Origin: an uncultured Clostridia bacterium
GTDB taxonomy: Bacteria; Acidobacteriota; Aminicenantia; UBA2199
Length of the DNA: 64,000 nucleotides
NCBI GenBank assembly: GCA_964633415.1
Contig: CAZWFY010000003.1
Coordinates: forward strand, 12,460 to 76,459
Direction: 5' to 3'
Shown here: in pieces, positions 8,708 to 18,246 of the stretch
How positions within the stretch are numbered: the stretch's first letter is position 1
How the letters are laid out: every line of letters begins with the position of its first letter
The notes under the pieces: model-generated
Told to the model about the DNA's origin: nothing
The model's input: only the letters and a program-made list of their open reading frames with translations
Databases searched by the model: none
Position numbers and translations under genes: made by a program

Positions 8708-10318
8708 TTATTTGATTTTGACCTGGATAAAATCGGTTGCTATCTTACCGCTTATCATATCCTTTGCATCAATAACAAATTCATATCTACCTTTGCAAAT
8801 CCAATTAAACCCCATATTTAGATTTATTTCGGGTTTTGATGCAGATAATATTTTCTCTTTGTCAAAGATTGATATATCTTGCAAATTACTTATTCTGATC
8901 CTGAGACTTATCTGTCCGAAAGTTTGTTTATTAACTATCTTCATAAGAAATCCGTCTATTTTCATAGACAATTTTCTGTTTGAAAAACTCATATCCTTAA
9001 TTTTTATTTCGGAATTTTCATTAACATATTGAGATACGGTATTTTTCTTTGTGAATTCGGATCTTATATTATCATCGTATGCAAGTTTACATTTTTTTCT
9101 GTTAACTTTTATCTTAATTTTTTTCAGTTTTTCATTCTCTTTCGGCTCATAATTAAGTATGTAATAGACATCCTTTTTTTTTACGATTTTTGAAAGTGCT
9201 TCAGTTATGTTGTCAGATGCGATAAGCTCTCCGCCTGTCTTTTTTGTCAAGCTTCTTAAATTGTTTTCAAGGTCGGTTGATATTTTTTTGAACTCAATAT
9301 CCTTGCTGAATGTCTCTAAAGAAGATCTTATGAATACAGAATGAAAAGTTGCACCGACTTTAGTGAACATTTTTGTGATCTCTTCGGTTGGGAATCCTTT
9401 CGCAATATCCATCTCTTCTTTTAAATCGACAATCTGTCTGGAGACTATTCTTGACATACTGACGGTTTCGGGATTATTACTTGATTGCCATTTGTAGAGA
9501 AGTGATTGAAGCATTCTCATCAATTCTCCGGTAATTATTATTTTCGGGAACATCTCCTGTTGAAAAAAACTGATTACCCATTTCTCGTTTTTAATCTTTT
9601 GCAAATGTTTGGAAAAAAGAATATAGCTTTTCACATCGGGAATAAGATATTTGCTTTTATAATCTTTCCAGAGAATTGTATATTTTCTTAAAAATTCCGA
9701 AACAAATCTTGTATCATTCCTTAATTCAACGGGATTTTTTCCGCCTGTAGTAGTTTTTAGAGTGAGTTCAAATTTTGTTATATCTATTGCCTTTTCCAAT
9801 TCATTAAAATAGAGGATCATTCTTGTTCTGGCTTTTTGACTCTCCTCTTTTAGAAAGTGATTAAGTTTAGTTCTTATTGATTCTTTGTCGGCAATATTTC
9901 TAAAGAATTCAGTCCTGTTATTAATGAAAACAAGTAGTGAATCATTTTTTCTTAGGATTTGGTCAAGTAGATAGTCAACACCTTTTCTGATTTTATTTGA
10001 AAAATTTGTAATATTCATTGCAAGAATAAAATATCTTGAAGGAACTTGAGATTTTTTGGCTTCCAATCCGATGTTTTGGGTTTCTATAATTTTTCTCTTT
10101 ATATTGAAACCGGCAATTTCTTTTCTTTTACCGTTAATGAAAAGTTTAAAATCCTCTTTTTTTAAATTGTCAACTATTTTTCCTTTACTGAAAACTCTTA
10201 CCGGAATTTCAATATTGATTACGGAAACAGTCTCTCGTATTTTATTGTCTTTTCGGTCAGAATAAAGAGAGGCCAAAAACAGTATTATTGCTAACAATAT
10301 ATATAAAATCTTTTTCAT
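8708..10318 (-). CDS. VWFA-related (Acidobacterial-type) exported protein, degenerate MIDAS
   Basis: Signal peptide; VINIEIPVRVFSKGKIVDNLKKEDFKLF N-terminal motif; TKKTGGE and YYILNYEP late motifs; DxSxS replaced by NITNFS. Confidence 0.72.
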   Translation of the reverse strand: MKKILYILLAIILFLASLYSDRKDNKIRETVSVINIEIPVRVFSKGKIVDNLKKEDFKLFINGKRKEIAGFNIKRKIIETQNIGLEAKKSQVPSRYFILAMNITNFSNKIRKGVDYLLDQILRKNDSLLVFINNRTEFFRNIADKESIRTKLNHFLKEESQKARTRMILYFNELEKAIDITKFELTLKTTTGGKNPVELRNDTRFVSEFLRKYTILWKDYKSKYLIPDVKSYILFSKHLQKIKNEKWVISFFQQEMFPKIIITGELMRMLQSLLYKWQSSNNPETVSMSRIVSRQIVDLKEEMDIAKGFPTEEITKMFTKVGATFHSVFIRSSLETFSKDIEFKKISTDLENNLRSLTKKTGGELIASDNITEALSKIVKKKDVYYILNYEPKENEKLKKIKIKVNRKKCKLAYDDNIRSEFTKKNTVSQYVNENSEIKIKDMSFSNRKLSMKIDGFLMKIVNKQTFGQISLRIRISNLQDISIFDKEKILSASKPEINLNMGFNWICKGRYEFVIDAKDMISGKIATDFIQVKIK

Positions 10319-10327
10319 GTTTTCTCC

Positions 10328-11485
10328 TTAATAATAATAACCTTTAACAGTTCTTATTTTATAACCTCTTTTTTTGTTAAGTTTTACTTCTATCTTTCTG
10401 AATGTTTTAATCTTCCCTTTTGAAACAGGTGTGAAATATAATAGATATTTAGCTTGAATATCCCTTCTGATCTTTTTATACATTCTCTTTATATCTTTTA
10501 CATCATCAAAGAAGAAGGGGATTCCTCCCGAAGATTTAGAAATCTTTTCAAGCAGTGTTTTATATTGTTCGTCGGAATATGAATAGGTTCTTTTTCCTAT
10601 AGAGTAAATTTCTAAGTTTGATTTTTCGGCTTTTTTCATTAATGTATAAGGGTCAATAAAAGAGCTGTTATCCTCTCCATCCGAAAATACTACAATTATA
10701 TTCCTTCCGGGAATTCCTTTGACCAGATTTATGCAATGTGCTATTGCATCATAAAGAGCGGTCGCACCAAAGGGAAAAGCAAGTGAAATAGAGTTCACAA
10801 GATCATTAATATTATCGGTAAAATCCGTATCTTCAATAACTTCATGATTAAAGAAAATCACAATTGCCTGATCGTTTTTTTTCATAAGATCTTCAAGAAA
10901 CATTTTCGCAGCTTCTTTAATATATCCCATTTTATCTTTCATGGAAGAGCTTATATCAATAAGAAGTACAAGATGAGAGTTCCCCATCTGATTTTTGATT
11001 CGGTTTAAGATAGAGATCTCAATTGGTCTGCCATTCTCTATCAGTGTGAAATCTTCTTTTTTTAGCCCCTTAACATAATTCCCATGCCGGTCTATAACTG
11101 CGATTGGAATTGCCATCTCAACGACATTTACGCTCTGGACGTCATCAAAATGATATGATTTTATCTCTTTCCTAAGTAGAACTCCTCTAAAATCTCTTAA
11201 GATAACTTTTAACTTTCTGTTTTTCGGAGATTTCCCGAAATTATAATAGAATGAGAATGGAGGATTTTGAATCTCTTTTAAATATTTCCCGTTAAGATAA
11301 AATTCTACGGAATGGATCTCTTTCGTTTCGATACCGGTTATCTTGACTTCAATCTTTCTTTTCCCGACCCAGACATCTTCGGCATCCGGTGAAATAAATT
11401 TAATATCTATATTTTCCCGGGATAGAGAGAAAGAAAAAAGTATAAAAAGACCGATAGTTATTATAAAAAATTTTTTTATATTCAT
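10328..11485 (-). CDS. VWA domain protein with N-terminal Ig-like domain
   Basis: Signal peptide; Ig-like VEFYLNG...PPFSFYY; VKGLKKEDFTLIENG; MIDAS DISSS..T(ALYDA)..SDGED; C-terminal KIRTVKGYY. Confidence 0.9.
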   Translation of the reverse strand: MNIKKFFIITIGLFILFSFSLSRENIDIKFISPDAEDVWVGKRKIEVKITGIETKEIHSVEFYLNGKYLKEIQNPPFSFYYNFGKSPKNRKLKVILRDFRGVLLRKEIKSYHFDDVQSVNVVEMAIPIAVIDRHGNYVKGLKKEDFTLIENGRPIEISILNRIKNQMGNSHLVLLIDISSSMKDKMGYIKEAAKMFLEDLMKKNDQAIVIFFNHEVIEDTDFTDNINDLVNSISLAFPFGATALYDAIAHCINLVKGIPGRNIIVVFSDGEDNSSFIDPYTLMKKAEKSNLEIYSIGKRTYSYSDEQYKTLLEKISKSSGGIPFFFDDVKDIKRMYKKIRRDIQAKYLLYFTPVSKGKIKTFRKIEVKLNKKRGYKIRTVKGYYY

Positions 11486-14400
11486 CTTATCCTCACATAA
11501 CCTCTTCTTTTATATTTCTTGAGTATTTTTTTGAAGTTTGAATTATTCATAATATTAAATATAAAGTAAGTCGTAAAAATATCTTTTTCATAATTCTGCT
11601 GATAGAATCTCGGAAATGATGATAGCAGATAATTAAACAGGAAGTGACCGTAAAGAGCTGTAGAATATTTTTTCTTGGATGCAAGGTAAGAGAGTCTCAT
11701 TTTAAATTCATTGAACTCCTCACCGAGAAAATAACCGGATTTAAAAATGTCAGCTTCCTCAGGCGGAAAAAGGTCTCTCCATTTCGGTCTCAAAGAGCCT
11801 AAACAGTTATAATATATATTTCCGAAATTATCCTTTTCATGTAGAATTTCCAAGCTGAGCGGGAGTTGAAAATATTTTTTCAAACGATCCTTTTGAGAAA
11901 ATATTTCGAGACATTTATTACAATCAATAAGGGATTTTCCTATTTTAAAGTATTGATTATAGAAGAGCAACAATTCATCATTTTTTCCCTCAAGATATTC
12001 GGAAGATTTTTTATATGAGTATCCGGAAAACAATTTCCCGATCTTTTCCGAAAGGAGTTTGTTAATCATTTTATTCGATTTGGCTTTTTCCAGTAGCTCA
12101 AGTCCGTACTCTATCAGAAGGGATATATATTCGGGAAAATATTTTAAATTAACATATGGATAAAATTGAAGAACATTGTAAAGCAGAGATTGAACCAATT
12201 GACTGTCAAAAATTATATTACCTGCAAGCATCTGATCTTTCCACACAGATGCAAATAGAAGGTTAAGCCTTGATAATCCTCCTTTAAGTCTAAATCCGGG
12301 AATACTTTTAAGCGTGAGGCTGGATTCCGGTCTGCCGGAATAATTCCATGGAGTGTGGTTACTTGATGTTCTGAAATCATGTAGTTTCACAAGGTTTGGG
12401 TTAATGAACATTCGCAATCTTTCCGATTTTGCATTGATAGCATATGCAATTGTAACGAGAAAATTTTTCAAGTGTGGAAAAATATATTTTTTCCTGAATC
12501 GATTTAAAATATTTTGCAGTTTCTTTTCATTTCCGTCTTTTTTTAAACCAATCCCAAGTTTTTTCAGATCCCTGTTTAACTCCTTCCTGGAATATGTCAT
12601 TACCCTTCTTTTTATAAAATCCGGAGCTTCATCACTGATTTCAGGGTGAGGGATTATCTGGAATAGTTTAATGATATTTTTAAAGGCTCTGCTTCTTGTG
12701 TTTATATCAGAAGATAGAATGGCACTGAACAATTGCTCGAATTCAAAAATAGAGGATAGTCTGATCACTTCCTGGGAATTAATAATGCTGTTAATTGATT
12801 TTTTAGTTATATTATTTAATTGGAATTCATACTCTTCATCTTCAATGTCAATCATCCTATTATTCAATCCTTGTAAGAGAAATTCAATAAATCTGTTGTC
12901 GATATAATTTTTTTTTAACGGGATATTAAAATTTTTACCGAACCATTCAAACATATCGTGAATAAATGTAGATTTATTAAGAGGTATTTTCAGTAATTCG
13001 TTTATTGTGCGGTCAAAATCATTTCCGTTAGTGTGATTTTTTGTGACAAATGCAAGTATTTCGAAATATGATTGATAAACAGCTGAAAAGTCAGCCCTGT
13101 CCGAAAGATTTTTTGTTTGAAGTTTTTTTACCCAGTTGAACATATTTATTGCGGTTTCCCAATCCTTAATATCAATTTTATCAATAAAATCTATCAGTAT
13201 GTTGTAATCTTTGTATCCGTGAAAGAATAGTCTTAATGTATTTTCATCTAAAAGTTCAGGACGATCAAGAAATTTTGAGTAAATTGAAATAATCTTTTTG
13301 ACTGCCGGAAATTCATCTTTGTATGAATTTTTCTCAAGCACGGTTTTAATAAACAGAAATGTGAGCTTATTTGCGTCATCAATATTTTTAATTTTTTTTG
13401 TCAGTTTCTTCTTGTTTAATATTCTTATCCAATTTTTTATATTCCCCGGGAAATATATTTTTCCGTCCCTCTCTTCCAAAGCATAGAGAAGATTGAAAAA
13501 CCCCTGCTTTCTTAATCTGGCAAATCTGTTGTCGGTCAATTTTTCATTCTTACTAAGTTTCACTAAGGATAAAATTTTTTTCATTTTAATGGGATCGAAG
13601 TTAAAGAATAAGGATTTAAGCTTTTTATTTGATTGCCAAAAAGATATTGAGTAGAGATAGTTAAGCTTCCCGTCTAAAGATGTAGTAATATTTTTCAGGA
13701 ATTTAAATTTCTCCTTCGAATAATCGGCATCGGCTATAATTGACCAGAATTTAACCGCTTTGTCTCCTCCGGGAATGTTAAGCATGTTATTCTTAACCCT
13801 TAAAGAACCTGACAGATTAAACAGTCCCATTAAAAATTTCCCGTCTTCATAGATAGTTTTCCATGGATTTTTAATGCTCTTTGTTTTGAGGTTTGAGATA
13901 TAATCTATTTCCGAATCCGATAATCTGAAAATAATTCCAAGTAAGATAGAGAGTCTTTTTTCCCGAACTATTTTTAATAAAAAATTATCTTTGTTTAGTG
14001 AAAAACCGGTTATATTATTTAAAAAGTCAAAATTTATATTTGCAGGGATATCGGATGTGATGTGCCGGTAGAAAATACGTCTTGTTTTATTGATCTGCTT
14101 TTCAAGAGATTTAATGTTTAGGTTTATAAATTTATGATAATCAACTATTCCCGTGGAATTATCAGACTCTATATTATAACCTTCTCCGGATTTCTCCATT
14201 ATCAATCCAAGGTAATTCATTAGTTTAATTCCGTTCCGCAGCCCCTTTCTTTTTGAGATATTAATTGTAAACATATTTTTCTCGAACAGAAATTTCTTTT
14301 TTATCAACTGATCAATTCTTTTTTCCATTAATATGATATCCATGATCTTTTTTCTCACACCGTTTTTTATCAGGTTTTTTGTCGGGGATTCTGAAAATAT

Positions 14401-14583
14401 AAGAAGATCGTTGAAATGATACAAAAAGTCTTTTGTAGGTAGATTATAATAAAAGTTTATATACCTTGAAAGTAAAGTTGCATTTCCCGGAATTTTGATA
14501 TTTTCGGTTTTAGTCTCGGACATGAGAGTAAGTTGAAATAGGGAAATTATTATAATTATTTTAAGTATATTTTTTTTAAACAT
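11482..14583 (-). CDS. Large exported helical hypothetical protein (1033 aa)
   Basis: Intact long ORF with signal peptide; ATGA overlap with the VWA gene; no recognisable catalytic motif. Confidence 0.75.
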   Translation of the reverse strand: MFKKNILKIIIIISLFQLTLMSETKTENIKIPGNATLLSRYINFYYNLPTKDFLYHFNDLLIFSESPTKNLIKNGVRKKIMDIILMEKRIDQLIKKKFLFEKNMFTINISKRKGLRNGIKLMNYLGLIMEKSGEGYNIESDNSTGIVDYHKFINLNIKSLEKQINKTRRIFYRHITSDIPANINFDFLNNITGFSLNKDNFLLKIVREKRLSILLGIIFRLSDSEIDYISNLKTKSIKNPWKTIYEDGKFLMGLFNLSGSLRVKNNMLNIPGGDKAVKFWSIIADADYSKEKFKFLKNITTSLDGKLNYLYSISFWQSNKKLKSLFFNFDPIKMKKILSLVKLSKNEKLTDNRFARLRKQGFFNLLYALEERDGKIYFPGNIKNWIRILNKKKLTKKIKNIDDANKLTFLFIKTVLEKNSYKDEFPAVKKIISIYSKFLDRPELLDENTLRLFFHGYKDYNILIDFIDKIDIKDWETAINMFNWVKKLQTKNLSDRADFSAVYQSYFEILAFVTKNHTNGNDFDRTINELLKIPLNKSTFIHDMFEWFGKNFNIPLKKNYIDNRFIEFLLQGLNNRMIDIEDEEYEFQLNNITKKSINSIINSQEVIRLSSIFEFEQLFSAILSSDINTRSRAFKNIIKLFQIIPHPEISDEAPDFIKRRVMTYSRKELNRDLKKLGIGLKKDGNEKKLQNILNRFRKKYIFPHLKNFLVTIAYAINAKSERLRMFINPNLVKLHDFRTSSNHTPWNYSGRPESSLTLKSIPGFRLKGGLSRLNLLFASVWKDQMLAGNIIFDSQLVQSLLYNVLQFYPYVNLKYFPEYISLLIEYGLELLEKAKSNKMINKLLSEKIGKLFSGYSYKKSSEYLEGKNDELLLFYNQYFKIGKSLIDCNKCLEIFSQKDRLKKYFQLPLSLEILHEKDNFGNIYYNCLGSLRPKWRDLFPPEEADIFKSGYFLGEEFNEFKMRLSYLASKKKYSTALYGHFLFNYLLSSFPRFYQQNYEKDIFTTYFIFNIMNNSNFKKILKKYKRRGYVRIR

Positions 14584-14675
14584 TTTTGCTCCACTTCATT
14601 AATACGAATTAAAGATTAAAAACGGATTGAATATCGCTTCTAAAATAAAGAGTAATTCTATATAATGTATTAGTA

Positions 14676-17486
14676 ATGTCAATAAAAAAAAAAAAATTTA
14701 TTTTTATAAGTTTAATACTTATGTTTTTCTCCGTTTCTTGTAAAAAAAAAATAGATATTAAAACCGAACCGAAATTCGTTATAAGTGAAAATGAGAAGGC
14801 GGCAACAATTTTTGAAGATGAAGACTCATATAAGGCTTCAAATTTTTTTTTGAAAAGAGCGATAGATGATTACCTTAAAGAAGGACATTGGGAAAGAGCC
14901 ATTCAAAACTATATTAAGCTTGGAAATGGATTTTCAAGATTAAAAAATTTTAAATCCGCACTTAAATATTTGAATATGGGATTGAATTTATCGATGGAAC
15001 ATTCCGGATATAAGTATTCTATTCTTGCTAAGAGCTATCATAAAATAGCCTTCGGGTTTATGAAGGAGAGAAAGTTTGAAAAGGCTGTAGAGATATATAA
15101 GAAAGCTCTTAAATTGAAAAAATCAATTTACGGGAAATATCATAGTGAAGTTTCCAGAACATACAACAGCCTTTCTTTGGCATACAGAAACATGGGTGAT
15201 AGTAAAAATGCAGATAAATATTATTACAAATCTCTTTTGATAAAATTACACCATTTTGAGAAAATTGATGATAATTTTTTCAAGGGATTTAAGTTTGTTA
15301 ATCGAATAAGTGAAAAGAGAAAGCTGTATAAAGAGGCAAAAAAAGTTTTAAACAAATCATTGAAAGTCTATCTGGAAACTTTTGGAGGTTATAGTAATCT
15401 AACTGCTGTTATTTTTGAAAATATCGGAATAATATATGCAATGGAAGGTGCATTTGACAGATCATTGGAGAATTTCAGAAATGCTTTGAGAATAAGGATA
15501 AATCTTTTTGGAGAGAATAGTTTTGAGGCAGCTGATACACTTCATGATATGGGAGTAGTTTTTTCCCTCCGAGGAAATAACCGTGAAGCTAAAAAATATT
15601 TACAGGAATCTCTTAAGATAAAAATATCAAGAGTCGGTGAATTTCATCTCTTCACGGCCGACACCTATTTTCAACTGGGAAAAATTTGTTATTTAAAGGG
15701 TGATATTGACCATGCCCTTAAGTATTTTCAAAATTCTTTATATGCCATGAATAAAAAATTTTCAAAATGCAAATATTGTTCCGCTCAGTATGGAAATTTT
15801 AAAAAATCAGAATTTACCAAAGATATAATAAATGTACTGAAGTATAAAGCTAAATCCCTGGTGGCAAAATCGGAAGGAGGTAATAAAAAGTTTGAAATCC
15901 TTATATCGGCTCAAAAAACCTATATTTTTCTTGTTAAAATCATTGAAATATTAAAAGAGAGGTTTAGAAGAGGGGAGAATAACAGTGAATTCAATAAGAC
16001 AGCCCAGAAAACAATAAAAGATGCGATTGATATATCTTATCGATTATTTTCAATCAGTGGTGAAAACAGATATAAGAAAGAGGCTTTTTCCCTTTCCGAA
16101 AAGAGTAAAGCCTCTTTGCTTTTAAGCATGATACATGAATCCGAAGCAAAGCAATCTTTCGGTATTCCTGAAAAGTTGTTAATTAGAGAAAAATTTTTGC
16201 AAAAAAAAATATCAGATTTTCAACTCTATAATGCCAAGAAGAGATATCGAAATAATAGACTTTCAGAAGGTAATAAAGATCCGGAAGAGCTGGATTATTA
16301 TAAGACACAAAGAGAGTATAGAGTCCTATTAAAAAAATTTGAGAAGGATTACAAAAATTATTTTATGGTGAAATATGAAAAGAAAATTGTTGATCCGGAT
16401 CTGTTTAGGATGAGATTGAATAAAAACGAGGCTGTAATAGAATATCTTCTCGGAGCAAACTATATTTATACTTTTTTTCTTTCAAATGATGATTTTTTAT
16501 TTCAACGTTTTGAAATACCTGATGATTTTAAAAGTTTAATCAATACATTGTATATATCAATAGAAAAGATAGAAGAGGATATGTTTATTGATTCTTCTAA
16601 GGAGCTTTATAGGATTTTGATAAAGCCCTTCTTGAAAAATCTGTCCGGAAAGGAAAAGTTGGTGATAATTCCTCATGGAAAGCTATTTTTATTGCCTTTT
16701 GAAGTGTTAATACCGGATGATGTGGATTTTTCCTCATTCTCTGACTTGAAATATTTAGTGAAACGTTTTTCGATATCATATAACTATTCATTGACCATCC
16801 GGGATTATATTCATAGCAGAAAAGTGGAAAATAACGGAGGATTTATCGGATATGCTCCGGTTTTTGATTGGGCGGTTTCCGCTTTACCTTATTTAATGAA
16901 GAAGGAGTTGCCGAAACTGCCTGCATCGGATATAGAATTGAGAAGAATTATTGATCTGTTCAGAATGAAAAAATTGAAAGCAGAAGGTTTCTTTTATGAA
17001 GATGCAACGGAAAATAGTCTTAAGAAAAATTTATCTACTAAAGATTATGCATTTGTTCATATTGCAACTCATACGATAATAAACAGAGAAAAACCCAATT
17101 TGTCAGGATTGATTTTCTCAACCGAAGAGGAGAAACTCGGAGGAGATGACGGGATTTTATTTTCCGGAGAGATATATAATATGAAATTCAAAACTAATCT
17201 TCTTGTTCTGTCAAGTTGTGAGAGCGGTGTAGGAAAATTGATGGAGGGAGAGGGAGTCTTGACTTTAAGCAGAGGCTTTTTGTATGCAGGAGCTAATAAT
17301 ATTATCTTTTCTCTTTTGAAAGTTGAGGACAAATCAACCGGAAAGTTGATGATAAATTTTTATAGAAATGTTCTGAATGGAAAAGGGTTCGCCGAATCTC
17401 TGAGATCGGCTAAATTAAAGCTCGTAACCGACCCTTATACGGCTTTTCCAAAATATTGGGGCGGTTTTATTTTATTGGGGGAATAG
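14676..17486 (+). CDS. TPR-CHAT (caspase HetF-associated) protease, predicted lipoprotein
   Basis: Lipobox FSVS-C; KLC-type TPRs (GKYHSEVSRTYNSL, GENSFEAADTLHDMG); CHAT motifs LVIIPHGKLFLLPFEVL, VHIATH, LVLSSCESG, YWGGFILLG. Confidence 0.92.
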   Translation: MSIKKKKFIFISLILMFFSVSCKKKIDIKTEPKFVISENEKAATIFEDEDSYKASNFFLKRAIDDYLKEGHWERAIQNYIKLGNGFSRLKNFKSALKYLNMGLNLSMEHSGYKYSILAKSYHKIAFGFMKERKFEKAVEIYKKALKLKKSIYGKYHSEVSRTYNSLSLAYRNMGDSKNADKYYYKSLLIKLHHFEKIDDNFFKGFKFVNRISEKRKLYKEAKKVLNKSLKVYLETFGGYSNLTAVIFENIGIIYAMEGAFDRSLENFRNALRIRINLFGENSFEAADTLHDMGVVFSLRGNNREAKKYLQESLKIKISRVGEFHLFTADTYFQLGKICYLKGDIDHALKYFQNSLYAMNKKFSKCKYCSAQYGNFKKSEFTKDIINVLKYKAKSLVAKSEGGNKKFEILISAQKTYIFLVKIIEILKERFRRGENNSEFNKTAQKTIKDAIDISYRLFSISGENRYKKEAFSLSEKSKASLLLSMIHESEAKQSFGIPEKLLIREKFLQKKISDFQLYNAKKRYRNNRLSEGNKDPEELDYYKTQREYRVLLKKFEKDYKNYFMVKYEKKIVDPDLFRMRLNKNEAVIEYLLGANYIYTFFLSNDDFLFQRFEIPDDFKSLINTLYISIEKIEEDMFIDSSKELYRILIKPFLKNLSGKEKLVIIPHGKLFLLPFEVLIPDDVDFSSFSDLKYLVKRFSISYNYSLTIRDYIHSRKVENNGGFIGYAPVFDWAVSALPYLMKKELPKLPASDIELRRIIDLFRMKKLKAEGFFYEDATENSLKKNLSTKDYAFVHIATHTIINREKPNLSGLIFSTEEEKLGGDDGILFSGEIYNMKFKTNLLVLSSCESGVGKLMEGEGVLTLSRGFLYAGANNIIFSLLKVEDKSTGKLMINFYRNVLNGKGFAESLRSAKLKLVTDPYTAFPKYWGGFILLGE

Positions 17487-18246
17487 GATATGGGGCTATC
17501 TTAAATTTACCGATATAGTAGAGATTGTTTTTATCGGTAAGTTTCCAATAATACAATCCCGGAAGAAGTTTCTTGTTCAAGATAAAGTTATTTGCCGAAA
17601 CATTAAACGTAAAGACAATAAAATTTTTATTATCAACTATTGAAAGTGTGAGCTCTTTTGAATCTATTCTCCCCCAACTGAATTTCACATTGTCATTGCC
17701 TCTGACGAAAGAGTGAAAGGAGTTTTGCGAAGAAAGTGAACTTCTCTCTATGCCGTTAGTCATTGCTTCCATATTCGGATTAGGGTCAAATCTCAATGAG
17801 CTTTTAACTTTTGAATTGATCTCAGGGTTTTTCTTTTCGGTTTTAGCTTTATTGAGTATAAATGAAATTTTACTCTTTTTATTGTTAGTTTCCGTCAAAG
17901 TTCTTTTTTTTGAGATTTTCGTTGTGTAAAACACCGATAGAAAAAGAATAAGAATGAAAGTTGCTGCAATTTGACCTATATATCTTTTCTTAATAAGGTT
18001 GTCCGTGTAGGATTTTATTGCATTTTTTTTCTCTAAACTACTTCTTTTTGTTGGAGAAGAAGTGATAATAGTGGATGAAAGAATATCCATAATTTTATCT
18101 TTACAGGCTGGACATTTGTCAAGATGATCATCGACTTCAGGAGTAAGTTCTACTTTTGCTGTTTTTCTGATGTCATCAATTATGAGTGAAATTGAATAAT
18201 CATTTAAATGACCGTTTTTTAAAAAATAATCTTCTCTATGAAGCAT
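17467..18246 (-). CDS. Putative transmembrane anti-sigma factor
   Basis: N-terminal HLDKCPAC (zf-HC-like), TM IAATFILILFLSVFY, C-terminal beta domain (FSW...PGLYYWKL); overlaps the sigma gene. Confidence 0.72.
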   Translation of the reverse strand: MLHREDYFLKNGHLNDYSISLIIDDIRKTAKVELTPEVDDHLDKCPACKDKIMDILSSTIITSSPTKRSSLEKKNAIKSYTDNLIKKRYIGQIAATFILILFLSVFYTTKISKKRTLTETNNKKSKISFILNKAKTEKKNPEINSKVKSSLRFDPNPNMEAMTNGIERSSLSSQNSFHSFVRGNDNVKFSWGRIDSKELTLSIVDNKNFIVFTFNVSANNFILNKKLLPGLYYWKLTDKNNLYYIGKFKIAPYPIPPIK

